Below, in pieces: positions 12,575 through 26,011 of a stretch of DNA of 64,000 nt. Each line of letters opens with the position of its first letter. Positions within the stretch are counted from its first letter, which is position 1. The notes under the pieces are model-generated. The model was not told where the DNA came from. It saw only the letters and a program-made list of their open reading frames with translations, and searched no databases. Origin of the DNA: Mobula hypostoma (lineage: Eukaryota); NCBI RefSeq assembly GCF_963921235.1, contig NC_086108.1:9052001-9116000 (forward strand). Reading direction: 5' to 3'. The translations under genes and the position numbers were made by a program.

Positions 12575-12580
12575 TCGGAT
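12575..12580 (-). CDS. BICRA: Candidate 6-nt in-frame microexon of BICRA (Ile-Arg)
   Basis: Minus strand: long pyrimidine tract ...ttggctttag|ATCCGA|gtaagt. Both neighbouring junctions are phase 0. No transcript evidence. Confidence 0.4.
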
Positions 12581-13784
12581 CTAAAGCCAACGTAACACAG
12601 TGCAAGGAGACAGGACTGAAGGAAGATAGAGCAAACAGCAGCTTTAAGCCAGAAGCAAGAGGGAAGATAGAAAGGCCACTGGTGGAGATGGGTTCTGTGT
12701 GTGTCTGTCTGCATTTCTATGCGTCTCTGTGTGGTGTCTGCGTGTGGGGAGGGGGAAACAAATGGGTGCGAAGGGCGTTTTGTGTGGTTGGTGTGAACCG
12801 CACCTGTCCACTACACACCTCAAACACCCCAGATTTGGTGGGTATCCATTGGCACTGCCAGCCACACAGCCCAGGAACAAGAATGCTGAGGGGTTGCTGG
12901 ACACCTGTCATTCACATCCCCATCCCCCTGGGTCCCAAGATCACTTAGCCTCTGCAACACTGTCCGTCTCTGTAACCTCCTGCCTAACCCCACCCCCAAG
13001 GCAGGTGGGGAAGGTGCAAGTCACAGGCCACAGCCAACACCGAATTGCTCTCTGACCACGTAATGACGTAACTCCTACTTCCCCCAACAACACCCTGTAC
13101 CCGACTGTGACAGTCCCACTGCACCACGTGGCATTGCCAGGACCACTTGGCCCACCTCTGCACCAGCATCTTTACTTTCCAACTAGGCTCAACCAATCCC
13201 ACACTTCCCTCGGACATCACCCGTCCAACCTGCTTCCTGCAGCATGTCTCAGCTCACCACCACACCCTGCGTAACAACAGACTCACAAGATCTGAAGTAG
13301 AAGTGGAGAAGGCCATTCTGCCTCTGTCTGTGCCTAGCCATCGTGGCAGATGGGCAGATCGGGGGGGGTGGGGGGTGGTGAGAACACTTCACCCCCCCCC
13401 ACCCCCGCCACTGACATAATTTCTTTGGTTATCTAAGAATCTATTGATCTTTGACAGTGACTGAACTTCCCACAACTCTCTTTGATAGAAGATTTCCAAA
13501 AAGTTAGTTCCCTTGGAGTGAAGCTGTTTCTTCTATTCTGTCTAGATTCCTTTGACTGAACACTTGTTTCAAAACTGTGATCCTTGATTCTCGACTCAGT
13601 GAACAAGGGGAAACAGGCCTCTACATCCACCCTGTCCAACACCCTAATAATACTGTATGTTTCACTGAGATTGCTCTGCATTCTTCTGAAGTCAAAAAGA
13701 ATGACTCTGTCTAGGTTAGGCTCTGTCTAACCTCTCCTCTGAGGGTCCTTCCTCCTCCTAAAAATCAATCTGACGAACCTCAAA

Positions 13785-14645
13785 GTCATAAAAAGTACAG
13801 CACAGAAACAGGCCCTTCAGCCCATCTAGTCCATACCGAAACCACTTAAACAGCCTACTCCCTTTGACCTGCATCAGGACCATAGCCCTCCATATCCCTA
13901 CCATCCATGTACCCATCCAAGCTCCTCTTATACATTGAAATCGAGCTCACATGCACCACTTGTGCTGGCAGCTCATTCCACACTCTCACCATCCTGTGTG
14001 TGAAGAAGCTTCCCCTCATGTTTCCCTTAAACTTCTCAGCTCTCACCCTTAACCCATAACCTCTGGTTGTCGTTCCACCCAATCTCAATAGAAAAAGCCT
14101 GCTTGCATTTACTATATCTATACCCCTCATAGTTTTGTATACTTCTGTCAAATCTCCTTTCAAACTTCTACGTTCGAAGAAATAAAGTCCTAACTTATTC
14201 TATCTTTCCTTATAACTCAGGTGCTCCAGACCTGATAACATCCTTGTAAATTGTGTCCCTGTACTCTTTCAACCTTATTTACATCGTTCCTGTAGGTAGG
14301 TGACCAAAACTGCACGCAATACTCCAAATTAGGCCACACCATCGTCTTGTACAACTTCAATATAACACCCCATCTCCTGCACTCAGTACTTTGATTTATG
14401 AAGGCCAATGTGCCGAGAGCTTCCTTTACAATTCTATATACTTGTGATGGCACTTTCAATGAATTATGGAGCTGTAGTCCCAGATCCGTTTGTTCCAATG
14501 GACTTCTCAGTGCCCTACCATTCACTGTGTAAGACCTAAGCTGGTTGGTCCCACCAACATGCTACACCTCACACTTGTCTGTATTAAGTTCCATCTGCCA
14601 TTGCTCAGCCAATTTTTCCAGCTGACCCAGATCCCTCTGTAAGCT
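13785..14645 (-). mobile_element. CR1 LINE RT 3' fragment
   Basis: LKLYKTMVWPNLEYCVQFWSP and KGDLTEVYKTMRGID...RMVRVWNELP motifs. Confidence 0.88.
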
Positions 14646-14994
14646 ATGATAGTCTTTCTTCCTCTGTTCCCTGGATGGGAAATCTGGCTTGGTCAGAATA
14701 TTCTCACCATTTCTCCCATGCCTTTAATTTCATACCCAACTCCTCCTGCCCTGAGGCCAGCAAGCCATCTTACCACCCAGCTGTGTACGCTATCTGCAGG
14801 TTTTATCTTTGGTGCTTTACATACGAGGATATCGAGCTGTGCCTGAGCACCAACACTTCTCAGTCCCTCAACATTTAATTAAAGGAAGCTTCATTTTCCT
14901 AGTTTTCCCTGTCAGAAGTGGATATCTTCACACACTTCCACATTCTATCCCAAATGCCACCTCACCAATTTACGTAGCCTACCAGCACCCCACC

Positions 14995-15560
14995 ATAAGA
15001 TACAAAAGCAGAATTGGGCCTTTTGAGTCCGCTCTGCCACTCCATCATGGCTGATTTATTATCCCTCTCAACCCCATTCTCCTGCCTTCTTTCCGTAACT
15101 TTGACGCCCTTACTAATCAAGAACTTAGCGACTTCAACTTTAAATATACCCAATGACTTGATCTCCACAGCTGTCCATGGCAATGAATTCCACTCTATGG
15201 CTAAAATTCTTCCTCATCTCTGTTTTAAAGGGGCACCCTTCTATTCTGAGGCTGTACTCTCTGGTCCTAGAGACTCCCACTATAGGAATCATCCTCTCCA
15301 TCTCCACTCTTAGGTCTTTCAATATTCAATAGGTTTCAATGAAGTCCCCCCCTCCCCCCCCCACACACACAGTTGCTCTAAAATTCAGTGAGTACAAGCC
15401 CAGAGCCATCAAATGTTCCTTATATGTTAACCCTTTCTTTTCCTGGAATTGTTCCCATAAATCTCCCCCAGATCCTCTCCAATATCTGTAGATATGGAAC
15501 TGTAAGCTGCTCACAATATTCCAAATGCAGACTGACCAAAGCCTTATAAACCCTCAACTT
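14995..15560 (-). mobile_element. CR1 LINE 3' fragment
   Basis: LRVYKALVSLHLEYCEQ and SRTREYSLRIEGCPFKTEMRKNF motifs, with the typical 3' UTR. Confidence 0.8.
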
Positions 15561-16397
15561 TATATCCTCCTCACAATCCACACTGCCTAGTCTTGGACAC
15601 ACTACACTTGATCTGCTCTTCCAACTACCCATATAGACTGTAAATATACGAGGGGCCCTGACACCAATCGCTGTGCAACTTCATTTGTCACAGTCCTCTA
15701 ATCTAGAGACAACCTGCATATTGCTGTTCTAACTTCTGCCCATTGACTAATTCCCAATTCGAGCCAGTATCTCACTTTCACATTTGTTGACCGACTCTGT
15801 GTGTACCTTGTCAAGGCCCTGATAAAACCCTAGTACATCACATTTGCTGGCTTGTTCTTTATGTAGCTTGCTAAAACCTCACAAAAAATCTAAGAGATGT
15901 GTCAATAATGATTTCAGTAATCCAACCAACCATATTATTTTTGTGAGTTCTGTTACACCGCTTCCTTAAAATGTTTTCCAGCATTGCTGGTGTCAGGCTA
16001 ACTGCTCTGTAGTTCCACATTTCCCCTCTCCGCTGTTTCCTAAAGTAATTCACCTCTGCCTCAGGATACTGTCCTGGATGCTATGGAATGTGGAAGTCAA
16101 CATCCAGTGAATCCACCATCCCCACAGCTACCTCCTTCAAAACCTCAGGATATCCTCCAGGACATGTGGTCCTGGAGATAACTGGAGATGAACTAAATCA
16201 TCTTCCATCTTTATATAAAATCTGTATTAAAACCATTAGTTTCTAAAGCATTATTGACTATCCAAACAAGCTCTCCTTTTAAAGTTGAATGCAATGAAAG
16301 ACCTCCCCCAAGAGGACCACAACCTCTTCATCTCCACTCTAAAACGCTGGGGCCTCTGGTCCTAGACTCTCCCATCATAGGAAACATCCTCTCCATT

Positions 16398-17445
16398 TAG
16401 GGGACTCCATAATTAGAGGAGCAGACAGCTGATTCTGTGGACGTGAAAGAGATGGTATGCTGCCTCTAAGGTGCCAGTTTTGGGATGTCTCCGAGCAGGT
16501 TATTATAAAGGGCAGGTTGAACAGCTGGAAACCATGGCACATATTGGCACCAATGACATACATAGGTAGGAAAAGGGAGAAGGTACTGAGGAGAGGATAT
16601 AGGGAGTTAGGAAGAAAGCTGGGGTAGTAATCTCTGGATTGCTGCCTGTGTCACATGCCAGTGAGGGTATGAATAGGGTGATCTGGCAGATCAATGCGTG
16701 GCTGAAGAATTGGCACGGGGCAGGGTTTCAGATTTCAGGATCACTGGGATCTCTTCCGGGGAAGGTATGTCCTGTACAAAAAAGGTGGGTTACACCTAAA
16801 CTCAAGGACCAGTATTCTTCAGGGCAGGTTTGCTAGAGATGTTTAACCTAATTCGGCAGGAGGGTGGAAACCACAGTGATAGCTTTGAGGGTGGGGCAGT
16901 TGGTGCACAACTAGATTGTGAGGAACGACAGGCAGATGACCGGGCAAAATTGCTGTCAGTGAGATGAGTTAAAGCGTAAACACGAAGAGTGATGAATACA
17001 GGACTGAAAGTGTTACATTTGAATGCGCATAGCTTACGGAATAAGGTAGATGATCTTGTAGCGCAGTTGGAGATTGACATTGTGGGCATCACTGAGTTGT
17101 AGCAGAAAGAAGATCATAGTTGGGAGTTTAACATCCAAGGATACACATTGTATTGAAAGGACAGGCAGGTAGGCCAGGGGGGGGGGCTGGCTCTGTTGGT
17201 AAAAAATGAAATCAAATCCGTAGAAAGAGGTGACATAGGGTCCAAAGATGTAGAATCCTTGTGGGTAGATTTAAGAAACTGCAAGGGTAAAAAGACCCTG
17301 ATGGGAATTATATACAGACCTCTGAACAGTAGCCAGGACGTGGGAGATAAATGTCAACGGAAGGTAGAAAACGCATGTCAAAAGGGCAATGTTACGATAG
17401 TCATGGAGGATTTCAATATGCAGGTGTAGATTGGGAAAATCAGGT
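16398..17445 (+). mobile_element. CR1 5' portion: ORF1 SGNH-esterase remnant plus ORF2 APE endonuclease start
   Basis: GDSIIRG and HIGTNDI (esterase) motifs, then LKVLHLNAHSLRNKVDDL...VGITE...GGLALLVK...GIIYRP...EDFN (endonuclease), with stops. Confidence 0.85.
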
Positions 17446-18484
17446 TGTATGCTTGACTACTATTGTCATTATATGTGCGATATGTGCCTAGTTCTGTGTG
17501 TGGCCCGAGAGGAACACCAATTCATTTGGCTCTATTCACGGATATAGTTGAATGACATTTAAATTGGAACTTGATAGAAAACCTTCAGTTTTGTCTTGGT
17601 GATTTCCTTCCTCGTAGGAGTTTAGTAAGAGATTAATTCCCATGTCTGACACTGCCCCTTCCCACCACTCTGATTATCACTTTCTCACCGGACGCAAGCA
17701 CATCGAATCTGTACTTCATAACACTTAAGAAGTCACAGTTACACCAACAGACCCTTTGATCCAATGACCTTGCTGAGCAAAATGTCCTCCTCACCTAGTC
17801 TCACTTGCTTGTTAAAACTTTCCTACCTCTGAACCTCTTTTAAATATTGTAATCCTACCTGCCTCTGGCGGCTTGCTCCACGCACCCACCCTCTGTGAAA
17901 ATAGTTGCTCCTCAACTCCCCTTTAAATTGTCAACCAATGTCCCCTTTATTTCTCCCCTCTCCCATCGGGCAGAAGTGAATCAGAATCACGTTTTTTATC
18001 ACTGGCATAAGTCGTGACATTTGTTGTTGATCTCCTTGTTATGGGCATATTGTCTGTCTGCACCTTCTCTGTAGCTGTTAAAACATTTTTCTGCACTCTG
18101 CTTTTGTTTTACTTTGTAATAACTCAATGTGATGCTCATTCATACCACTGGACCCAGTCTTCTGAGTTCCAGAGAGTGGAACTGCCCCAGTGAAACGGCC
18201 TTTCCACTTTAAAAACTCTCACACACAGGTATCCCGCCATCGTCGGACACAATGGATAACCACCACCTCAATGCACTGTGTAATGATCTGATATTAATGA
18301 ACAGTATGCAAGACAAGCTTTTCACTGAATCTCAGTACATCATTTCCAAATCCAAGACAATAAAATTCAAAAGCATGTACCACCAGGCTCAAGGAGAGCT
18401 TCTACCCCACTGTTATCAGACACTTGAATAAGATGAACCCATGATCTCATAAATTACTTCACCCTATTGTCTAACACAATGACT

Positions 18485-18650
18485 AAATCACCTATCAACG
18501 GGTACATCTTTTGACTGTGGGAGGAAACCAGAGAAACTCGTGCGGTTACGGGGAGAACGCACGAAGTCATTACAGACAGCGGCAGGAATTGAACCCGGGC
18601 CGCCAGTACTGTAAAGTGTTGTGCTGACCACTGTGCAACAGTACCGCCCA
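18485..18650 (-). mobile_element. tRNA-derived V-domain SINE
   Basis: Minus strand has an A-box-like TTGCACAGTGG, a B-box GGTTCAATTCC and the V-domain. Confidence 0.7.
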
Positions 18651-20309
18651 TCACCCTGGGCAGGGCACTCATCACTCACTGTGTAAATAAATCTTACCCC
18701 TGCCACCATACTTTCCCCCAAAATTACGCCCTCTGGTATTAGCCATTTCTGGCCTGGGAAAAAGTCTCACACAATCCACACCTCTTATCATCTTGTATAT
18801 GTCTATCAAGTCACCTCTCATCCTCCTTCACTCCAAAGAAAAAAGCCCTAACTCGCTCAACCTTTCCTCATAAGACATGCCCTCCAATGCAGGCAGCATC
18901 CTGGTAAATCTCCTCTGCACCCTCTCTAAAGCTTCCACATCCTTCCCTTAATAAGGCAACCAGTACTGAACACAATACTCCAAGTGTGGTCTAACCTTTG
19001 TTAAGATCTTGCACCTCATTTCCACCTGCACTTTCTTTGTGACTTTAACACTTTATTCTGCATTCTGTTATTGTTTTACCTCGTACTACCTTAATGCACC
19101 GTGTGTAATCAAATGCTCAGTAAGGGTGATATACACGACAAGCGCTTCAGTGTACCTCTAGGCAATAACATGCCAATTTACCAATGTAGACTCCAGAAAA
19201 CGACTGTGACTATCCACCTTATCTAAGCCCCTCGTGACTTTATAAGCCTCTTTTGGGTCATCCCTCGACCTCCTAACCTCCTGGGAAAATGCCTCAGCTA
19301 TCCAGTCTCTCTGGAGATGGGGGCATGGTTCTGACTTTTTTTGACACACACTTTTAACCACATTCTTCTTATAACATCCACAACTGCCCACAGTGCCCCA
19401 GGTACAATCTCTCCAACGTGGTGGCCCAATTCCTGTACTCAACGTCTATCCTACACCCCACCTCAACCTGACCCAGCTGGCTGTTTCTAAGATCTTTTGA
19501 CTTCTGTCAAGTGGCCCTCAGTCCACCTCTCCTGCCTGCAGTCACGAGAACCTGTTTCCACAGGGGCAGGACTAGACCCCTCAGCTCATTGGGTCTGCTC
19601 TGCCCTTCCTTCGTGGCTGATTTATTATCCCTCTCAACCCATTTCCTCATAACCTTCGACGTCCTGATCAATCAAGTACCTATCAACCTCCGCTTTAAAT
19701 ATCCCCAATGACTGCCTCCACTGCCGTCTGTAGCAATGAATTCCACAGATTCACCTCCCTTTGGCTAAAGAGATCCCTCATCCTTGCTCTAAAGGGACGT
19801 CCTTGTATTCTGAGGCTGTGCCCTCTGGCCCTAGGCTCCCCACTATAGGAAACATCCTCTTCACATCCACTCTGTCTGGGGCTTTCAATATTTGGGAAGT
19901 TTCAATGAGAGGCCCCCTCATTCTTCTAAACTCCATTGAGTACAGGCCCCAAGCCATCAGATGTTTCCCATATGGGACGTCCTTCTATTCTGAAGTTTCC
20001 CTCATTCACTCTACAAAAAGTCCTCCGGATTTTGAACCATTAAAACTCCTGTCAGGTATTTCTGCACTTTGAGGCGAGCTACACTCCCTCACCCGTAAAC
20101 AAGGTTGGAACACTTTCCATCGTGCACATCCACGGATCCGAATCTCCACCCGTGGCCCAAGCAACAATTTACTAAAGAGATCTTGGCTTATCTTGTGAAG
20201 TTAGTATTTTCTGCAGTCCCAGAAACCCAGAGCAGGAGGTTTATTAGTAGAAGTGTCAAAGTGAGAGACGGGGGGGGGGGGTGGGGGGAGACGGATGGTC
20301 TCAGACTAC

Positions 20310-20546
20310 CTGACCAGCCAGAGCCTGCTGGAAGTGAGAGCCCGCCAAAGTGGGCAGCACCGTTTGTCCCTTGGAGTCTGGGGTTCCGGCGGCCGCCAGC
20401 CCCACGCTACTGCTGACAATCACGGAGGCGGGCACACTGCTGGTGGTGACGGTTGGCGCTAAGCTGTGGGGTGGTGGCTGGTTCAAGCCTCGCTCCTGCT
20501 GAAGTTTGAGGGCTGCCTGGTAAAGCTGCTGTTGCTTCTCTTCCTG
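20310..20546 (-). CDS. BICRA: BICRA coding exon 5
   Basis: Acceptor gttaccag|CAG|GAA (tandem), donor CAG|gtagtc (weak). 237 nt, phase 0/0. Contains SVPASVIVS, identical to the human BICRA motif. Confidence 0.88.
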
Positions 20547-20585
20547 CTGGTAACATTCAAGACAAAGGCGTCAGCAACAGTGGGA

Positions 20586-20660
20586 CACGAGGGCGCTGAG
20601 ACACGAGGGCGCTGAGCCACGAGGGCGCTGAGCCACGAGGGCACTGAGCCACGAGGGCAC
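20586..20660. repeat. 16-bp tandem repeat (about 4.7 copies of CACGAGGGCGCTGAG[A/C])
   Basis: Units start at 20586, 20602, 20618, 20634 and 20650. Confidence 0.9.
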
Positions 20661-21029
20661 CCAGCCAGCGGGAGAGAGAGAGAGCGGTGCTGAGCCAGTG
20701 GGAGGGGAGGCATGGAAGGCAAAGGTACCCATGGGGGGGGTGGGGGGGGCTGTGGGGTTGAGGGCAACTAGGGTGGGGGGGGGAGAAGAAAGAAAGAGAG
20801 TGATTGAGGTCAGCCGGGGTGGGATGAGGGGGATACCCACAGGGGTGAGTTTAACCAGTGTGGGGTGGGGTTTTGGGACGATCCACAGGATGGTGTGGGG
20901 AAGAGAGCCAGAGCCACAGGAGCTTCAGAGTTAGAGCACTAGCTCAGGACCACGGACTGCAGGACTGTCACCCCCCCCCTCCATCCTCGACACCCCTCCC
21001 ACGACTCGGTTCCCTACACCCCTCTCTGT

Positions 21030-21460
21030 GACCCCCTTAATTCACAACACTCCTCTCTGTGTGACGTCCCTCTTCCTACACCCTCTGCCTCTGTAACCTC
21101 CTCCAGTCCCTACAACCCTCCTCCTCTCTGTGACCTGCTTTGGGCCCTACCCTCCTCACTTTCTCTGCAAGTCCCTCCATCCCCTACACCACTCCCTGTC
21201 TCTGTAACCCACTCCCTCCCCTTCACCTGTCTCTGTAACCCCTCCCATCCCTTTCACCCGTCTCTGTAACCCCTCCCATGCCTTACACCCCTCCCTGTCT
21301 CTGTAACCCCTCCCATCCCTTACACCCCTTTGTGTCTCTGTAACCTCTCCCATCCCTTTCACCCCCGTCTCTGTAACCTCTTCCATCCCTTACACCCCTC
21401 TGTGCCTCCCTCCCCAGTCTCTGTAATCCCCTCCTCTCCCTATCTCTGTGACACCCTCTA
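21030..21460. repeat. C/T-rich minisatellite (about 30-35 bp, CTCTGTAACCCCTCCCATCCCTTACACC...)
   Basis: Recurrent ctctgtaacc and catccct blocks. Confidence 0.8.
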
Positions 21461-23532
21461 GCCACATTCCTCAGATCTCTATGCACCATTTATGGTTCAA
21501 ATTGTCCCTTGTTTGAATGGCTTCCCCACAGTTTAAACTGTCTGTCCCCAAGCTCTGTGAACTCTGCCAGCTTCCATTCCCCTCAAGATGCTCCTTACAG
21601 CTGGCCTGTTCAACCGAGCCTCCTCTCAGGTGCCCGGGACTTCCTGTCTACCAAGGGACCATGAGCTCGAACTATACTGAAGAGCAGCGTATCCCCTCGG
21701 AGTTCTGCTCGCCTCGTTATCATAAGGATATGAAGCTTTCGAGAGGATGCTGAGGAGGTTTACCAGGATGCTGCCTGGATTAGAGAGCATGTTTTGTGAG
21801 GACAGGCTGAGTGAGCTGGGGCTTTTTCTCGAAGAAAGATGAGAGGCAGAGGCAGATACATTAGGGATATTTAAGAAACCTCTACATGAAACGCTGTTGC
21901 AGGAAAGCAGCAACATCAGGGACCCCCACCACCCAGACCAGAGTCTCTTCTCACTGCTGCCACCAGTAAGACTCACACCACCAGGTTCAGGAAATCAGCA
22001 TCCTGAACCAAAGGGAATAACTTCACTCAACTTCACTTGGCCCATCACAGAAATGTTCCCACAACCAACAGACTCACTTTCAAGGAGTCTTCATCTCATG
22101 TTCAAGATATCTATTGCTTATCTACTTATTATTCTTTCTTTCTTTTTGTATTTGCACTGCTTGTTGCCTTCAGCACTCTGGTTGAACACCCTAGTTGGGT
22201 GATTTTTCATTAATCCTGTTATAGCTAAGTATTCTAAAGACCTGCTGACTATGTTCACAAGGAAATGAACCTCAGAGTTGTATATGGTGATATATATGTA
22301 CTTTGATAACAAATTTACTTTGAACTTTGAAACTCTCAAATGTTCCAACTGGCTGGCAGAAAAGTGGAGGCCCATGTAGGAGGGAAAGGTTAGGTTGACC
22401 TTGAAGCATAGGATAAAAGAACGCACAACTTCATGGGCTGAAGGCCCTGTACTGTGCTGTACGCTCTATGTTCTATATTCTAGTCTGCAGGTTGCAGAGA
22501 TTCAGGTGAGTTGGCATGTGGGAAGGGAAATTGGGCACTTGGCCTACATTGCACACAAACACACATTCCTGCCCTGACTTGTTTGATCACCATCTTCTGC
22601 ATTTGCCCATGGAATGAGCTGTCTCTCCCTACACCTCCTCTCTCGCCCAACCCTTGGGACTCTGTATTGAGCTTGTTAGCTTTGTTCGAGATCTGAATGG
22701 CAGCTGTGATCAGTCTTGTGGAAGTGGTCCTGTCCCTGCTTGCTACTGGTGGTCCCAGTGAAAGAGGCTGGCAAGACACAGGCTCAGCACCACGGTGAAG
22801 GCACGCCACACTGAGACCCTCCATTGGTCAAGTAGTAATACACAGGCCAGAGCAGTATGATATGGGGAGCAAACTGCTGCTCATGCAGCAGACTTCTCCT
22901 CTCGAAGCAGCTTATGAATCCAAAGGAACAGCAAAGACCACTACAGTCAGCATTGAACTCAACGTAGGACCACCTCAGGGACTCCAGCTCCATATTTTCC
23001 CCTCGGGGTTTACTCTTGAAGCCTTTGCCATGAGTGGGTATAACCACAAGGCAGCGGAGGCTTGAGAAGAGAGCTTTCCTTCTCCAGCTGTGGTATTCTA
23101 CAGTGAGCCAGCACAGGGGGGCCCCGATTCGAATCCTGCCCACTCAAATTCCTGCCCTGCAAAGAGTAATTGAGCATAAAGGTAGGGACTGAAGAAGGTG
23201 TTGGTGAGGTCCAAGCTGAAGGCAGATACAGTTTTTGTCTCATTGAGTCTAGAATAGACCGGCATTGGAGGGAGCTCAAAGGTGCATTCCGTCTACTCCT
23301 GGAATGAACGCAAGAAATAGCAGGAGCCCATTGGGCCTCTCGTGTCCTCTTCGTAAATCACTGGGTCATTTTTTTTTTTAACCTCAGTATCACTTCAGAA
23401 TCAATTTTATTATCACTGACATATGTTGTAAAATATTTCACCGTTCCTCAAGGTTGTCACAGCTGAGGGAGGTAGTGGGGATAAGCAACCACTAACTATT
23501 AAATGCTCCCGATGGGGGAGGAGGGAACGTCA

Positions 23533-23743
23533 ACTCAGACCATGAGAGGCCTGCGTCGGGCATTTTCATGCCTTACAAGGCGCAGATTGGAAGTGTGTGT
23601 GGGGCGCCACTCCCCGCTCAGACACTAGAGCAATGTGTGGTTAAGTACCTTGCTCAAAGACACAAACACACTGCCTCAGCTGAGGCGCGAACTAGCCACC
23701 TTCAGATCACTAGACGAACGCCTTAACCACTTGGCCATGTGCC
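23533..23743 (-). mobile_element. tRNA-derived SINE with CORE-like domain, nested in another repeat
   Basis: Minus strand has an A box TGGCCAAGTGG, a B-box-like AGTTCGCGCC, then GTGTCTTTGAGCAAGGTACTTAACC. Confidence 0.7.
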
Positions 23744-24629
23744 CAACACCAATGGTGTGCACCTCAAATAGCCTCCGACAACCAAGACCAGATCCTGGCC
23801 TTCTCGTGTGGCTTTGGGAGTAAACCCCGAGAGAAAGACCAATGTTGAGTTCAATGCTGATGGCAACTCCTGCGACGCGGTAGGTGTTAAGATGCATCCG
23901 TCTCTGCCGTTCCTTTGGGTTCATTGGATGCATGAAGAGGGGTAGCTTCCTACATGAGCAACAGCTTGCTCTCCATATCATACTGGCCTGGCCCTGGTAT
24001 CCAGACAGCAAGGTGCAACGTCCATAGTCAAACCTGACTGATGGAGGCCACAGTTATCAGTTATGTCTTTGCAGCAGCAATACAATCCAATAGATAAAAA
24101 TTACCATAAATTACAAAAAATAAAATAATTCTGCAGAAGATGGATAATAAGGTAGTGTTCATGGGTCTATGGACCATTCAGAAATCTGACGGTGGAGGGA
24201 AAGAAGCTGTTTCTGAATTACTGAGTGCCTGCATCTCCTCCTTGATGGTTGTAACGAGAATGAGGCATGTCCTGGGTAGTGAGGGTCTTTAATAATCAGT
24301 GCCACCTTCCTGAGGGCATTGCCCCCTGAAGATATCCTCATTGCTGGGAGGGTTGTGCCCACGATGGAGCTGGCTGCCTGCATCTATAACCAGCTACTGC
24401 GACTCTACCTTAAACCGTCTGGGTTCTGAGGTCTGGAATTCTTTCCCAAAACTTCTCATTCTCTGACTTTTGGATTCCCCTTAAATCCTGTGGCTTTGAC
24501 TATGCCTTCTGTAGTTGCCTTAACGTGATTCAGTTTGGGTTGTGTCTGATAGTGGCACTTTTGCAAGGTTCACCCGTTACCCCTCATTACTTTAAAAACT
24601 ATAGACTGTATATCCCAAATACTGAGAGA

Positions 24630-24880
24630 TAGAGCTTCCTCAGGGAATGCCAAAGATTCCCCATCTTCTGAGAGAAGGAATTCCTCTATCCTCAGCCAAG
24701 GAAAACCAACCCAGAGCTACAGAAGTGACAACAAAAACTCCAAGGACCTCATCCCTGGAAGAGCAAAGATCTTCACCTAGATGTAAAGATGGGCCAACAC
24801 CTGGACTTGAAAGACTAGCCCAAGACAGAGGATTCTGGCGAGCTGCTGCCCCAGTAGAGGTGACAGGCTGAAGAAGAATC
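24630..24880 (+). mobile_element. RTE-like LINE 3' end
   Basis: LERLAQDRGFWRAA C-terminal motif and a (GAA)n tail. Confidence 0.6.
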
Positions 24881-25452
24881 ATTTTATGGAAAGAATGCAG
24901 ATCCAGAGGAACAGAGGGGTGATGAGGTGGATGCTGAGAGAGTGGGGCTTATCTAGAAGACAAGGCATGCTTTTGGAGTACGAGGTGGCCTATTTCAGAA
25001 CTGAAGGGAGGGGTTGGAATTTAGTCTGAGGGTTGTACACCCTTTGAATTATTGTGGAGGCCAAATATCTTCAAAACAGGGTGAGTTTTGGTTTAAGGAA
25101 GAGTTGGGGGTTAGCAGTGATATAAGAAAATCAGCCCCGTTCTGAAGTAGTGACCATCCCTCTTGCCTCCTCAGACGCTGCCTGACCCACTGAGATTTTT
25201 TTACTTTTAGAGATACGCCACGGTAACAAGCCCTTCCAGCCCAATGAGCCCAATTACACCCATGTGACCAATTAATTGATGAGAATATAAAAGCAAGGAC
25301 GTAATGCTGAGGCTGTACAAGGCATCGGTGAGGCCTCACTTGGAGTATTCTGAACAGTTTCGGGCCCTTATCTAAGTAAGTATGTGCTGACATTGGAGAG
25401 GGTTCAAAGAGGATCGTGGTAATGATAGTGGGATTGAAAGGCTTGCCATATG

Positions 25453-26011
25453 AAGTATTGTGTGCAGTTTTGGTCCCCTAATCTGAGGAAAGACATCCTT
25501 GCCATAGAGGGAGTACAAAGAAGGTTCACCAGATTGATTCCTGGGATGGCAGGACTTTCATATGAAGAAAGACTGGATGAACTGGGCTTGTACTCGTTGG
25601 AATTTAGAAGATTGAGGGGGGATCTGATTGAAACGTATAAGATCCTAAAGGGATTGGACAGGCTAGATGCAGGAAGATTGTTCCCGATGTTGGGGAAGTC
25701 CAGAACGAGGGGCCACAGTTTGAGGATAGAGGGGAAGCCTTTTAGGACCGAGATTAGGAAAAACTTCTTCACACAGAGAGTGGTGACTCTGTGGAATTCT
25801 CTGCCACAGGAAACTGTTGAGGCCAGTTCATTGGCTATATTTAAGAGGGAGTTAGATATGGCCCTTGTGGCTACGGGGGTCAGGGGGTACGGAGGGAAGG
25901 CTGGGGCGGGGTTCTGAGTTGGATGATCAGCCATGATCATAATAAATGGCGGTGCAGGCTCGAAGGGCCGAATGGCCTACTCCTGCACCTATTTTCTATG
26001 TTTCTATGTTT
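25453..26011 (+). mobile_element. Young 5'-truncated CR1 with intact C-terminal ORF, nested in an older CR1 (about 25280-26410)
   Basis: Uninterrupted ORF YCVQFWSPNLRKDILAIEGVQRRFTRLIPGM...WNSLP and a (TTTCTATG)n tail. Older CR1 sequence resumes on both sides. Confidence 0.9.

Noticed and set aside
23660..23743. tRNA gene
   Set aside because: It has A and B boxes but continues into a SINE body and has no convincing acceptor stem, so it is a SINE head.
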